A DNA stretch of 57,449 bases from Candidatus Brocadiia bacterium (GTDB lineage Bacteria; Planctomycetota; Brocadiia; SM23-32): assembly GCA_046538485.1 (NCBI GenBank), contig JBKHIT010000030.1, positions 1-57,449 of the forward strand, written 5' to 3'. The notes under the pieces are model-generated. The model worked only from the letters and a program-made list of their open reading frames with translations. It was not told the origin of the DNA and ran no database searches. Both the position numbers and the translations under genes were made by a program. Below, piece by piece: positions 49,146 to 57,449 of the stretch (positions are counted from its first letter, which is position 1; every line of letters starts with the position of its first letter).

Positions 49146-51086
49146 TTAGTTCTCGCCAGCAGGCCGACTGCCGGGCTGCATCACTTCAGAAAACAGGCGG
49201 CTTCCTTGCGAGAAATCAGGAACGACTATATGAACCCCTGCGCGAATCAGGCGGCTCCGCTTTGCCGGGTCCAAACCATAGCGTCTGACTTCGTCGCTGG
49301 CGACGCCAATGGCCAGGCCTCCCCGTTTACGCGTTTCCCGAATCTCAACGGGCCCATCACCAAAAGCCGCCAAACCCGCCTGATCAGTCTGATCAATATC
49401 GGCAAGAATCCGATCAAGCACCATTTTCTTCGTCTCTGCCTGCACCGAGCCAACGGCTCCATATATCCGATTCTCAAACAGCTGCGCATAACCGAGGGCT
49501 TCGGCCTCCGCGATGACGTCGGCGTCGTCCGTACCGCTGGCGAGGTAGAGTTTCACCCCCTCGGAGTGGAGACGTTTCAGAAAGTCCGGTGCGTTCTTTA
49601 CGGTTAAGTCCGAGACCTCAAGTTCGCCCCGTTGCAATTTGTCCAATCGCCGGTTCACTCGCTGCATTAAGGCCTCAATGTAAATTTCTTTGTAGCGATA
49701 TTCATCGAGCACTTCCGATCCATCAACGATACCGAACTCACGTATGAGATTCACCAAACCCCGCATCTGGAGGAGAGTTTCGATGCCGGTGGTTGCGTCA
49801 ATATATTTGCGAACCCGAGAAACCACCCTGTCGTAGAGCGTTTCGTCCGCAGTTTGGTATTTTTTGCCGAGGATCGCTTTGATCATCATTGGTTTCATGA
49901 CCTCTTCCCAGCCCTGACGCAGAGTCGATATGGTACCGTCGTGATCGAAAATCGCGTGCGTTATTTTTGAGAATGTCGGGGGCGTATCGATGCATTCGAT
50001 TTCCGTACCATCGATATAGCGGGCGCGACGTGGATCATTTGCGAGTTCTGGTTCGTAGATGTAATCGGGATTACTACCGATTTCTCTTATTTCCTCGGGA
50101 GAAGCCGTCCCGGTTTCAAACAATTTCTGGACAGTGACGCCTGCGACCAGGTTGCCGAATATTGCGGCTTCTTGCGGATCGGCTCCGGCTGCCAGTGATG
50201 CAGCTATGCCCGCGGTCATGCTATCGCCGGCGCCAACGGGATCCACCCCACTGACGATGTGGAGCCCAGGCACAGTGTACGGGCCGGTTTCGTCAGCCAC
50301 AAGACAACCCCGCGGGCCGCGACTGACATATACCGGTTTGCCACGGTCCTGATAGAGTTGCAGCGCTGCATCGCGGGCCTCATCCAGAGCAATTAGATCT
50401 CCCGGCTGGTGCTCGGCACCGCACATCGTGGTTGCTTCGACGGCGTTAACTTTCAAAACCGCGTTCGCGTAAACCGCCGCCAGCTTGCGGGCGTCCACAA
50501 TAAAAGTTTGCTCAGAATAAGCCTTCAACACTTCCCTGAGTAAGTCCTGAACCTGGCATGTGTGCACCCCGGACAGTAGCTGCTGGTTAATGATTACACC
50601 ATCCAGTTCGTCCAGTTGATTGTGCAGATGCTCGATCAGCCTGGTTGCAGTCGTTTCCTGGAGACGATTGTAATTGCCCAAATCGAGGCGATTCTGTTCC
50701 TCCCCGTTGCGAACCGGTTTGATATAGGTCGGAGTGTCCCACTCCTGTTCCTGCACAAGCATTCCGTCGCAACCCGACCCATATATGTCGAGTAACCTTC
50801 GCATTTCACGGCCGAATGGGTCATCTCCGGTCACCCCCATGGCTTTAACTTCACCAACCCCAAGTGATAGGAGATTACTGACCACATTTCCTGCTCCCCC
50901 CAGGCTGTAGCGTTGTTCGCGGATGGGGCATGTGGGCAAGCCAGTTTCGACCGATTTTTCCGCCGCAGAATCGTCCATCGTCCAGTAGACGTCGAGACAA
51001 AAATCACCCAACACAGCGATTTTGATATCAGGAAGTTTACCCAGCAGCTGCTCCAGCCGGAAAAAATCAAGAGATTTTTCAGTCAT
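49146..51086 (-). CDS. PfkB (HldE/RfaE-like) kinase fused to a HAD hydrolase
   Basis: VLGDFCLD, GGAGNV, DPVGAGD; then FDHDGT, LASGT, FGDG. Confidence 0.85.
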   Translation of the reverse strand: MTEKSLDFFRLEQLLGKLPDIKIAVLGDFCLDVYWTMDDSAAEKSVETGLPTCPIREQRYSLGGAGNVVSNLLSLGVGEVKAMGVTGDDPFGREMRRLLDIYGSGCDGMLVQEQEWDTPTYIKPVRNGEEQNRLDLGNYNRLQETTATRLIEHLHNQLDELDGVIINQQLLSGVHTCQVQDLLREVLKAYSEQTFIVDARKLAAVYANAVLKVNAVEATTMCGAEHQPGDLIALDEARDAALQLYQDRGKPVYVSRGPRGCLVADETGPYTVPGLHIVSGVDPVGAGDSMTAGIAASLAAGADPQEAAIFGNLVAGVTVQKLFETGTASPEEIREIGSNPDYIYEPELANDPRRARYIDGTEIECIDTPPTFSKITHAIFDHDGTISTLRQGWEEVMKPMMIKAILGKKYQTADETLYDRVVSRVRKYIDATTGIETLLQMRGLVNLIREFGIVDGSEVLDEYRYKEIYIEALMQRVNRRLDKLQRGELEVSDLTVKNAPDFLKRLHSEGVKLYLASGTDDADVIAEAEALGYAQLFENRIYGAVGSVQAETKKMVLDRILADIDQTDQAGLAAFGDGPVEIRETRKRGGLAIGVASDEVRRYGLDPAKRSRLIRAGVHIVVPDFSQGSRLFSEVMQPGSRPAGEN

Positions 51087-51390
51087 TATTGCCTCCAGCC
51101 TCTCAGTTACAAGCCGGGCTCAATTTTAAGACATTATGCCGGACACAGCCATTGCAGAGAGATTGTCTGCGAGTGAGAGACGCATGAAAATGACGGGATT
51201 GAATTTAAGGCAAGCAGGTGTTGACCTGGGTATATTTCTGTTGGTTCTACTATAAACAGGGAATGTTCAGTACAGACTGGAATAGACTACTATTTTCTAT
51301 TATGACGTCTCTCGACAGAGAGCTGCCAATTCATATGGGGTATTTGAGTTTTCGCGGTCCGATATCCCGCCGGACATCCATGTGTGTCGT

Positions 51391-52416
51391 TCATTCGGCC
51401 ACACGGACGAGATTCCGGCCGTCATCTTTTGCTTCGTAGAGGGCCTTGTCTGCCTGCCTGAGCATGCGTTCCGTATTGTACCCGGGTTCCCAGATAGCCA
51501 GCCCCACGCTGATGGTCATGGGCAGATCCTCTGAGTTTTCAACGCTTTTCCGTAATTTTTCTGCCACCAGTTCGGCCCCTTGCGGGTCGGTTTCCGGCAA
51601 TATCACGCAAAACTCATCGCCTCCATACCGCCCGACAAAATCCGTTTCCCGCACATTGCGCTGGATCAATTCTGCGCATCTTTTAAGCAACCGGTCCCCC
51701 ACCTGATGGCCCTGTTCGTCGTTGATTCCCTTGAAGAAATCCAGATCAATCATCAGCACACCAAAAGCATGGCCGGTCCGGTGGGCACGCGCCACTTCCA
51801 CTTCCAGTTCTTCATTCAGGTGACGGCGGTTTGCAGCGCCGGTTAGCTCATCGGTACTGCTGAGCTCAGCAAGCTTTTCCTGAGCTTCCATAAGAGCTGT
51901 GATATCGCGTTCGATACCAAGTGTGCCTACAATATTGCCGTTGTCCTCGTAGCGGGGAGTCTTCGTAACCGAGAACCAGCGTCTATCCCCATCGGGTCCA
52001 GTGCGTTTCTGAGTTTTTCCGACGATCGGTTCACCCGATTCCATTACGTCCATATCATCGCGCAACATGGCCGCGGCCACTTTGGGGGGATAAAAATCGA
52101 AATCGGTTTTTCCCTCGACCTCCGACGCGGGGACGCCCAATTCCTGGGCTTTGGCACTGCTGACCCGTACAAATGTGCTGTCCCGATCTTTAAAGTAGAT
52201 TCTGTCCGGGGCGTGTTCCAAAAGCGCCCGCAAAAGATGCCGTTCGAACATAAGATTTTGTTGCGCGCGGTTACGCTGCCGGATGACTTCTTCAAGCTCG
52301 CCTGAATCCAGCCACACACCGCCACAGTTCGGACAGTGATCAACTTCGACCGTCTTCCCTTCCAGTCCGATTTCGAGTTCAACGTTTTCGCATCTGGGAC
52401 ATTTCATCTTTCCCAT
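51391..52416 (-). CDS. Diguanylate cyclase: TFIIB-type Zn finger + PAS + GGDEF
   Basis: CPRC...DHCPNCGGVWLD.GEL; IYFKD...GKTDFDF; D.LTG, DLDFFK.IND, RETD, RYGGDEF. Confidence 0.9.
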   Translation of the reverse strand: MGKMKCPRCENVELEIGLEGKTVEVDHCPNCGGVWLDSGELEEVIRQRNRAQQNLMFERHLLRALLEHAPDRIYFKDRDSTFVRVSSAKAQELGVPASEVEGKTDFDFYPPKVAAAMLRDDMDVMESGEPIVGKTQKRTGPDGDRRWFSVTKTPRYEDNGNIVGTLGIERDITALMEAQEKLAELSSTDELTGAANRRHLNEELEVEVARAHRTGHAFGVLMIDLDFFKGINDEQGHQVGDRLLKRCAELIQRNVRETDFVGRYGGDEFCVILPETDPQGAELVAEKLRKSVENSEDLPMTISVGLAIWEPGYNTERMLRQADKALYEAKDDGRNLVRVAE

Positions 52417-52705
52417 ATTTCAGTCCATTTCATTAGCAGAACATATAAATGGTTTCCAGCGGAGCGCGTGAAACGTAGTTTTATATCTGCTGCGCCAGTG
52501 CTTCTCTCGGGCCAGGGAGGACAGCCAAACCATTAGGCCCACATAAGCAGTTGATATTCTAATACAGCAATAACTGGGAAACAAGGTATTCCCCCCCCCG
52601 AGTTTCCTTCGGAAAAGTCTTTACAGGTTTTTGTAACATAAACCTCATGTCTGGTGTCAATCATTCTGTAAGCTTGCAACTCCGCTTCTCGACCGCGCAT
52701 GCTGC

Positions 52706-52763
52706 AGACTCGAGTTCAGCTGAGTCCGCTCAGGCGGACGAAGGGGGACTTGAGGCGGGCAAA
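52706..52763 (+). repeat. Dispersed repeat of about 58 bp (inverted copy at 17083-17141)
   Basis: AGACTCGAGTTCAGCTGAGYCCGC...GGCG..CGAA...GGACTTGAGGCGGRCAAA at both sites. Confidence 0.8.
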
Positions 52764-53084
52764 CACTAAAGGCGATGGGATGAAAAACCGCTTCTTCAGG
52801 CTAAACCGTTTTCTCAACGGCTCTCAGAGCCGGATTTTGGGGTAAAAATTCTTTTCTGGCTATGCTAAGTCCCAACTGTGCCAATATTTCTGATCAACGC
52901 AAATGGCTCCCCCCCTTACATAGAAGAGCCGACTCTGTTGAAATGGGAGTTGCCTGGGGATATTGATGGTTCACCCAGCTTATTCTTTACCAGCACTGAG
53001 CCGAGTGGCAGCCGGATTGCTTCTGATCTGTTGTCCGTTCAGTTGCTCTTCCTATTCCGCTAACAACGCGTCTTTCATACCGTT

Positions 53085-53552
53085 CTATGCGTGCTTCCCA
53101 CCCCAGCAAAAAAAACCGAAAAGGCCCCCTATGCCCCCTGCCCATCCGACCCATGTAATGCGTTCCAAAGGCTTCAACCAGTTTATATCAAAGAACCATG
53201 AGAGCATCGAAAACGGAATGAGTACCATCATGAGGAATCCTATTGCAACCCCCATATGGTGTGTCTGCCAGGCCTCCTCGATCTGACCGTCTAAAAGAAA
53301 CGCAAGGCTCGTTGTGGTTCCGCACAGCGGGCAGGGTATCTTGGTCAGCTTAAGAAAACTACACGCCTTGGTCCCAAAGTGGGTATGTGTGCCCAGCCCG
53401 ATCGGATCGGGTTTCAGGGCGCCCCCAAAGATCAGGAACAAAATACATCCGAGGAGTACACCAACCTGCAGATTCCGATTACGGAACCTTTCGGGTGCCT
53501 GTGCCCTTTCCCTGCTATCTTGTGACTTTTGTCCGTTGCGTGGTTCAGACAT
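53085..53552 (-). CDS. DUF2752-like membrane protein
   Basis: GLGTH..FG..AC.F...T.IPCPLCG.TTS; start overlaps the upstream stop. Confidence 0.75.
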   Translation of the reverse strand: MSEPRNGQKSQDSRERAQAPERFRNRNLQVGVLLGCILFLIFGGALKPDPIGLGTHTHFGTKACSFLKLTKIPCPLCGTTTSLAFLLDGQIEEAWQTHHMGVAIGFLMMVLIPFSMLSWFFDINWLKPLERITWVGWAGGIGGLFGFFCWGGKHA

Positions 53553-55092
53553 GGTCGAATACTTTGTTGTTTTTATATAGATAAACCCCCATTCTCCAGC
53601 CGTTAACCGCTCCCATGTAACTTGCGACCGCAAGTGCCGGTGCGCCACCGATCTGGACAATTATGAAGCCGCTGGATTGTGGCACCGCAATTCCAAGAAG
53701 CACACGAATGACAAAGGAAAGAACATAATTTATCCAGAAGAACAGACAAATGCCGAGATAGGGACCGGGCGCAGCAGCAATCGCCTTAACCGTATTGATA
53801 GGATTAAGCGCTTTCACGACGCTCTGAGATGCACCCAAGATCATAAGAATCATTGGCCAGAGGAACATCGCCAGGATTCCGCCGACTATGACGAAACTTG
53901 CGCCACCGACAAGCCGTAGAAGATCGCGCAGTTGAGGTGCTTCGCCAGGCCCCATTCTGTTTGTTAACTGTTCCAGGGTAAGTGTGCCAAAAAAGATTGA
54001 CGCTCCGATCGCCAGAGCCAAAACAATCCAAACAAGCAAGCTCGCACAGCCGACATTAAAAGCCGGTTCGATCATATCACCAAGCAGAGACGGCTTGCGA
54101 GCTTTTTCAAGCGCAACAGAACCTTTACTCGCGGTGATTCCCATGAAACTGTACATAGCCCCAACAATAGCGCCATATTTAGCGCCCCAGGCGAGCGCCC
54201 ATCCGACACAGGGAATAAAAACAAGAATCATCGGCGCAAAAACACCGAGCAGCACATACATGCCAACATACTTCCAGCCCTCTTTGCCGACGGCTCCCAA
54301 GTAAGCATATGCAAAACTGCCCCAGTATGACCCTTTTATTCCACCTGCCGCCGGAGTCGCACCACCAAAATCCGCCCCACATTCGGGACATGCTATCACA
54401 TCTTTAGTGGTAACCGCGCCGCATTCCGGACAGACTTTCATCTCTCCCCCCTGAGGCGGCGTTTTTTGGGGTGGTTTACTTTCCCCTCCTTCTTTACGAT
54501 AGTCCATGATCTGGTCGTTAGAAAGTTCTATTGGCCCTTCGGTTTCGGATGAAAACCCATTTTCTGAAGTCCCCACACTGAATTCATCTGCGCTGAATCC
54601 AAGATCTTCATCGGCTCCCACTCCTTCGGGTTGCTCTGCTGCCGGCTGGCCACTCTGTTCTTGATGGCCAAATTCGGCCTCCCAATCGAGGGAACCTTCT
54701 TCTTTTTCTTCTCTGGGTTGAGTTTCAGCCGTCGACGGAGGAGTTGGCTCAGGTTCATCGGTCTTGGGTTTCTCCCCTTCGAGGGTGAACCCTTCATCCC
54801 AATCGAATTCCATTTCCCCGCTGCCTTCAGTTCCCTCAGAAGCCCCGGTTTCTGGCTCAGATTCGGGTTCTGGTTCGGGAGGTTCAGGTGTCGACGTTTC
54901 TCCCGGTTCCTGGCCTTCGAGTGCAAACTCTCCGCCCCAATCCAAATCAAGTTCGCCCCCTTCATCTTCGGGCGAAGAGGTTTGGATGGGACGGCCGCAG
55001 GCCGGGCAATTGACCACGTCTCCTTTTTTCTCATCCAGAATTTCAAAAGTGTGTCCACATTCGCATTCAACTCTCACGATTTTCCCTCGCAT
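53545..55092 (-). CDS. Membrane protein with two Zn ribbons and an acidic repeat linker
   Basis: CECG..CPACG; E/P-rich linker; CPECG..CPECG; several hydrophobic helices. Confidence 0.75.
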   Translation of the reverse strand: MRGKIVRVECECGHTFEILDEKKGDVVNCPACGRPIQTSSPEDEGGELDLDWGGEFALEGQEPGETSTPEPPEPEPESEPETGASEGTEGSGEMEFDWDEGFTLEGEKPKTDEPEPTPPSTAETQPREEKEEGSLDWEAEFGHQEQSGQPAAEQPEGVGADEDLGFSADEFSVGTSENGFSSETEGPIELSNDQIMDYRKEGGESKPPQKTPPQGGEMKVCPECGAVTTKDVIACPECGADFGGATPAAGGIKGSYWGSFAYAYLGAVGKEGWKYVGMYVLLGVFAPMILVFIPCVGWALAWGAKYGAIVGAMYSFMGITASKGSVALEKARKPSLLGDMIEPAFNVGCASLLVWIVLALAIGASIFFGTLTLEQLTNRMGPGEAPQLRDLLRLVGGASFVIVGGILAMFLWPMILMILGASQSVVKALNPINTVKAIAAAPGPYLGICLFFWINYVLSFVIRVLLGIAVPQSSGFIIVQIGGAPALAVASYMGAVNGWRMGVYLYKNNKVFDHV

Positions 55093-55149
55093 ACAGAGGC
55101 AAGGCTGTTATGACGTGTTCTCGCCGACTGGAGATGTCAAAAATGGATG

Positions 55150-56550
55150 CTATTCGCGGCCGTTTTCAGCGGTTAGCTGTTTCTTCCACTCGTCAAGACG
55201 TCTCTGCACTTCGTCGGCAGATGATGAACCACGCGAGCGGTAATGGTTTACGCAATTTTGAGGCCCTAAATAGTCGTAGACGTCCTCGGCGATGAGTTCG
55301 CTGAACGACTGCATGCTCTCTAACGTCATTTCCGGGAGGGTCTTTTCATCTTTTGTAGCTTTGCGGACAATTTGACCGACGATTTTATGCGCTTCCCGAA
55401 ACGCCAGGCCGCGTCCTACCAAATAGTCGGCCAGCGCGGTGGCGTCGAGATGATTTTTCCTGCAGGCCTTGCGTGCCTGTTCTTCCTTGAAAGTCGTCCG
55501 TGGGACGAGTTCCGCGAGCACAGCCAGGCATTTCCTCACCTGGTCGGCAGCATCAAAAACCGCCCTTTTATCTTCCTGCAGGTCTCGATTATAAGCCAGA
55601 GGTTGTCCCTTGAGCATCGTGAGCAAGCTCATCAAATGCCCGTAAATGCGTCCCGTTTTGCCACGCATCAGTTCAAGCACGTCGGGATTCTTCTTCTGCG
55701 GCATGATACTCGAACCCGTGCAAAATGATTCGTCGAGATCGATGAAATCAAACTCCGGGGTTGACCAGATAAGCCAGTCTTCTGCAAGCCGGGAAAGATG
55801 GCACGCAATAGTGGACAGACCGAAGACAAATTCCATGGCGAAATCTCGGTCGCTCACCGCGTCAATGCTGTTTTCAAAGACTTTTTCGAACTCAAGCTGT
55901 TCCGCCGTGAATCCGGGGTCTATGGGCAATGTGGTTCCGGCAATAGCGCCGGCCCCCAGCGGGCTCACATTCACGCGCGTTCGGCAATCGGCCAATCGGT
56001 CTCGGTCCCTCTGCAGCATTTCGACATAGGCCAAAAGGATGTGTGATAGCAAAACGGGTTGAGCATGCTGAAGATGGGTAACCCCCGGAACAACCATTTC
56101 TTTGAACGTATCCGCTCTCTCTACGAAGGCGACCTGGCATCTGGAAAGCAATCTGTCAATCTCATCGATGACCCCACGGATCCACAGTCTGAAATCACAG
56201 GCGACCTGATCGTTGCGGCTGCGGGCGGTGTGGAGTTTCATCCCGGCTTCGCCGATTCGGTCAATCAATGCGGCTTCGATGTTCATATGTATATCTTCGT
56301 GCTCGCGGCGAAAGTCAAACGTTTCCGTCTCAATCTCACGCTTGATCTCTTCCAGTGTTTCTTTTATCTGCACGAGTTCGGATTCCGATAACAGTCCACA
56401 GTGGGCCAGCATTTTGGCATGCGCAATACTCCCTCGGATATCCTGCTTGTAAAGCCGTTTATCGAAAGATACCGACTCACTGAACTCTTCCACAAGCGGA
56501 TCTGTGTCTTCTTCAAACCGACCTGCCCAAAGTTTGTCTTTTTCGCTCAT
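55150..56550 (-). CDS. argH: Argininosuccinate lyase
   Basis: LWAGRF, LHTARSRNDQ, THLQHAQP, GSSIMPQKKNPD, YNRDLQEDK. Confidence 0.96.
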   Translation of the reverse strand: MSEKDKLWAGRFEEDTDPLVEEFSESVSFDKRLYKQDIRGSIAHAKMLAHCGLLSESELVQIKETLEEIKREIETETFDFRREHEDIHMNIEAALIDRIGEAGMKLHTARSRNDQVACDFRLWIRGVIDEIDRLLSRCQVAFVERADTFKEMVVPGVTHLQHAQPVLLSHILLAYVEMLQRDRDRLADCRTRVNVSPLGAGAIAGTTLPIDPGFTAEQLEFEKVFENSIDAVSDRDFAMEFVFGLSTIACHLSRLAEDWLIWSTPEFDFIDLDESFCTGSSIMPQKKNPDVLELMRGKTGRIYGHLMSLLTMLKGQPLAYNRDLQEDKRAVFDAADQVRKCLAVLAELVPRTTFKEEQARKACRKNHLDATALADYLVGRGLAFREAHKIVGQIVRKATKDEKTLPEMTLESMQSFSELIAEDVYDYLGPQNCVNHYRSRGSSSADEVQRRLDEWKKQLTAENGRE

Positions 56551-56878
56551 TTGTAATCCCGGCTGTTAGACTCCAACGACTCCAATTGGTGATGCGCAGT
56601 TTCCACTGTTGCTTAATTCGAAGGCGGTGCCAAAGGCTTCGACCACCCGCCTGAAAGTGTATTGCACGCCCGTTTCTTTTGCAAAGACAAATGTCAATAA
56701 ATGCGGTGAGCGATCGCCCGAACCCTTGCGCTGTCAGGCCCCTGGCAGCTACAATCTAACATGTATCTTGGTGGGAGGAGACTTATAAACTGACAATTTT
56801 TAAACGGAAGCAAAACGGCTTGAAAATGTATATCATATCAGGGCGGCTTTTCCTGGAGACCGAGACAGGATTCGGATT

Positions 56879-57449
56879 GTGAACAGCAGATTGTCCCAGA
56901 TTAAATATAGTGCGCTTGTTTTCATGCTCAGTTTAGCCTGCTTCAGCATATGCCGCGGTGGACTCGAAACGTACGGTGAGAAAGAACCGGACGTTTCCCC
57001 TCCTGTGCAGAGCAAAGATTGGGTTCGACTCGGAAAACCCCGCCCCGGCGAATGGTTATACGTTTTCGATGAGCCTGGCCAGACTTTCCAGGAATATAAA
57101 GACGACGCCCCGAATCGAAAATCCAACCATCGGAATAAAATCTACATCGTGCCGCTGGGTAAAATCCGTAGCGAACATACTCGTATAATAAAACTCTGTG
57201 CGGAATATTACTCGTATTTTTTCGACACACCCGTTGTTCAGCTGGAACCCCAGCCTCTCCCCGATCGCGCTTTCGACAAAACTCGGAGACAGTATGATGC
57301 AGGGCAACTCCTTCGAAATGTCATGGTACCTCTGGCGCAGAAACGCGACGATGAGCTTGCGGTTGTTGGCTTCACCCACAAAGATCTTTACCATGGCAAA
57401 CTGAATTTTGTCTTCGGTGTCGGTTCCCTGCGAAACCGAACCGGCGTTT
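56879..57449 (+). CDS. Archaemetzincin (peptidase M54)-like protein, partial, runs off the window
   Basis: Manual translation: PRPGEWL....EPGQTFQEY, IYIVPLG, QYDAGQLL, DLYHGKLNFVFG.GSL..RTGV; the HExxH motif would lie beyond the edge. Confidence 0.8.
   Translation, partial: MNSRLSQIKYSALVFMLSLACFSICRGGLETYGEKEPDVSPPVQSKDWVRLGKPRPGEWLYVFDEPGQTFQEYKDDAPNRKSNHRNKIYIVPLGKIRSEHTRIIKLCAEYYSYFFDTPVVQLEPQPLPDRAFDKTRRQYDAGQLLRNVMVPLAQKRDDELAVVGFTHKDLYHGKLNFVFGVGSLRNRTGV

Noticed and set aside
52757..52835. c-di-GMP-I riboswitch-like words (GGGCAAAC...TGGGA...CTAAACC) near the GGDEF gene
   Set aside because: Wrong strand for the cyclase, P2 stem and GAAA loop not formed, and it partly overlaps a dispersed repeat; an RF01051 search would settle it

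Overview
Bacterial chromosomal window, most likely Planctomycetota or a related PVC lineage (inferred from a DUF1559/H-X9-DG prepilin-like gene and the REP-like repeat types). Housekeeping content: aroA, rpmF-plsX-fabH-fabD-fabG-acpP-fabF, eda, leuB, tex, PPi-type PFK, NifU, DsbD, two CNNM/CBS genes, argH and four tRNAs (Pro-GGG, Val-GAC, Glu-TTC, Val-TAC). The most notable item is a cobalamin riboswitch, with a visible terminator/antiterminator, heading an operon whose first gene is a prepilin-like DUF1559 protein, followed by a BtuF/D/C-type ABC transporter and a lipoprotein, with no btuB in the window. Also notable: two composite arrays of REP-like palindromes (about 245-950 and 16600-17520) that share modules with each other and with a third site (about 52706); a set of gene fragments around tRNA-Pro (Isf, GH-like, acr3, unknown, ptsI); a reduced eboB-eboC-eboF cluster; a PfkB-kinase/HAD-phosphatase fusion; a Zn-finger-PAS-GGDEF cyclase; and a partial archaemetzincin gene at the right edge that the ORF track missed. 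All family calls come from motif recognition by eye; no searches were run.
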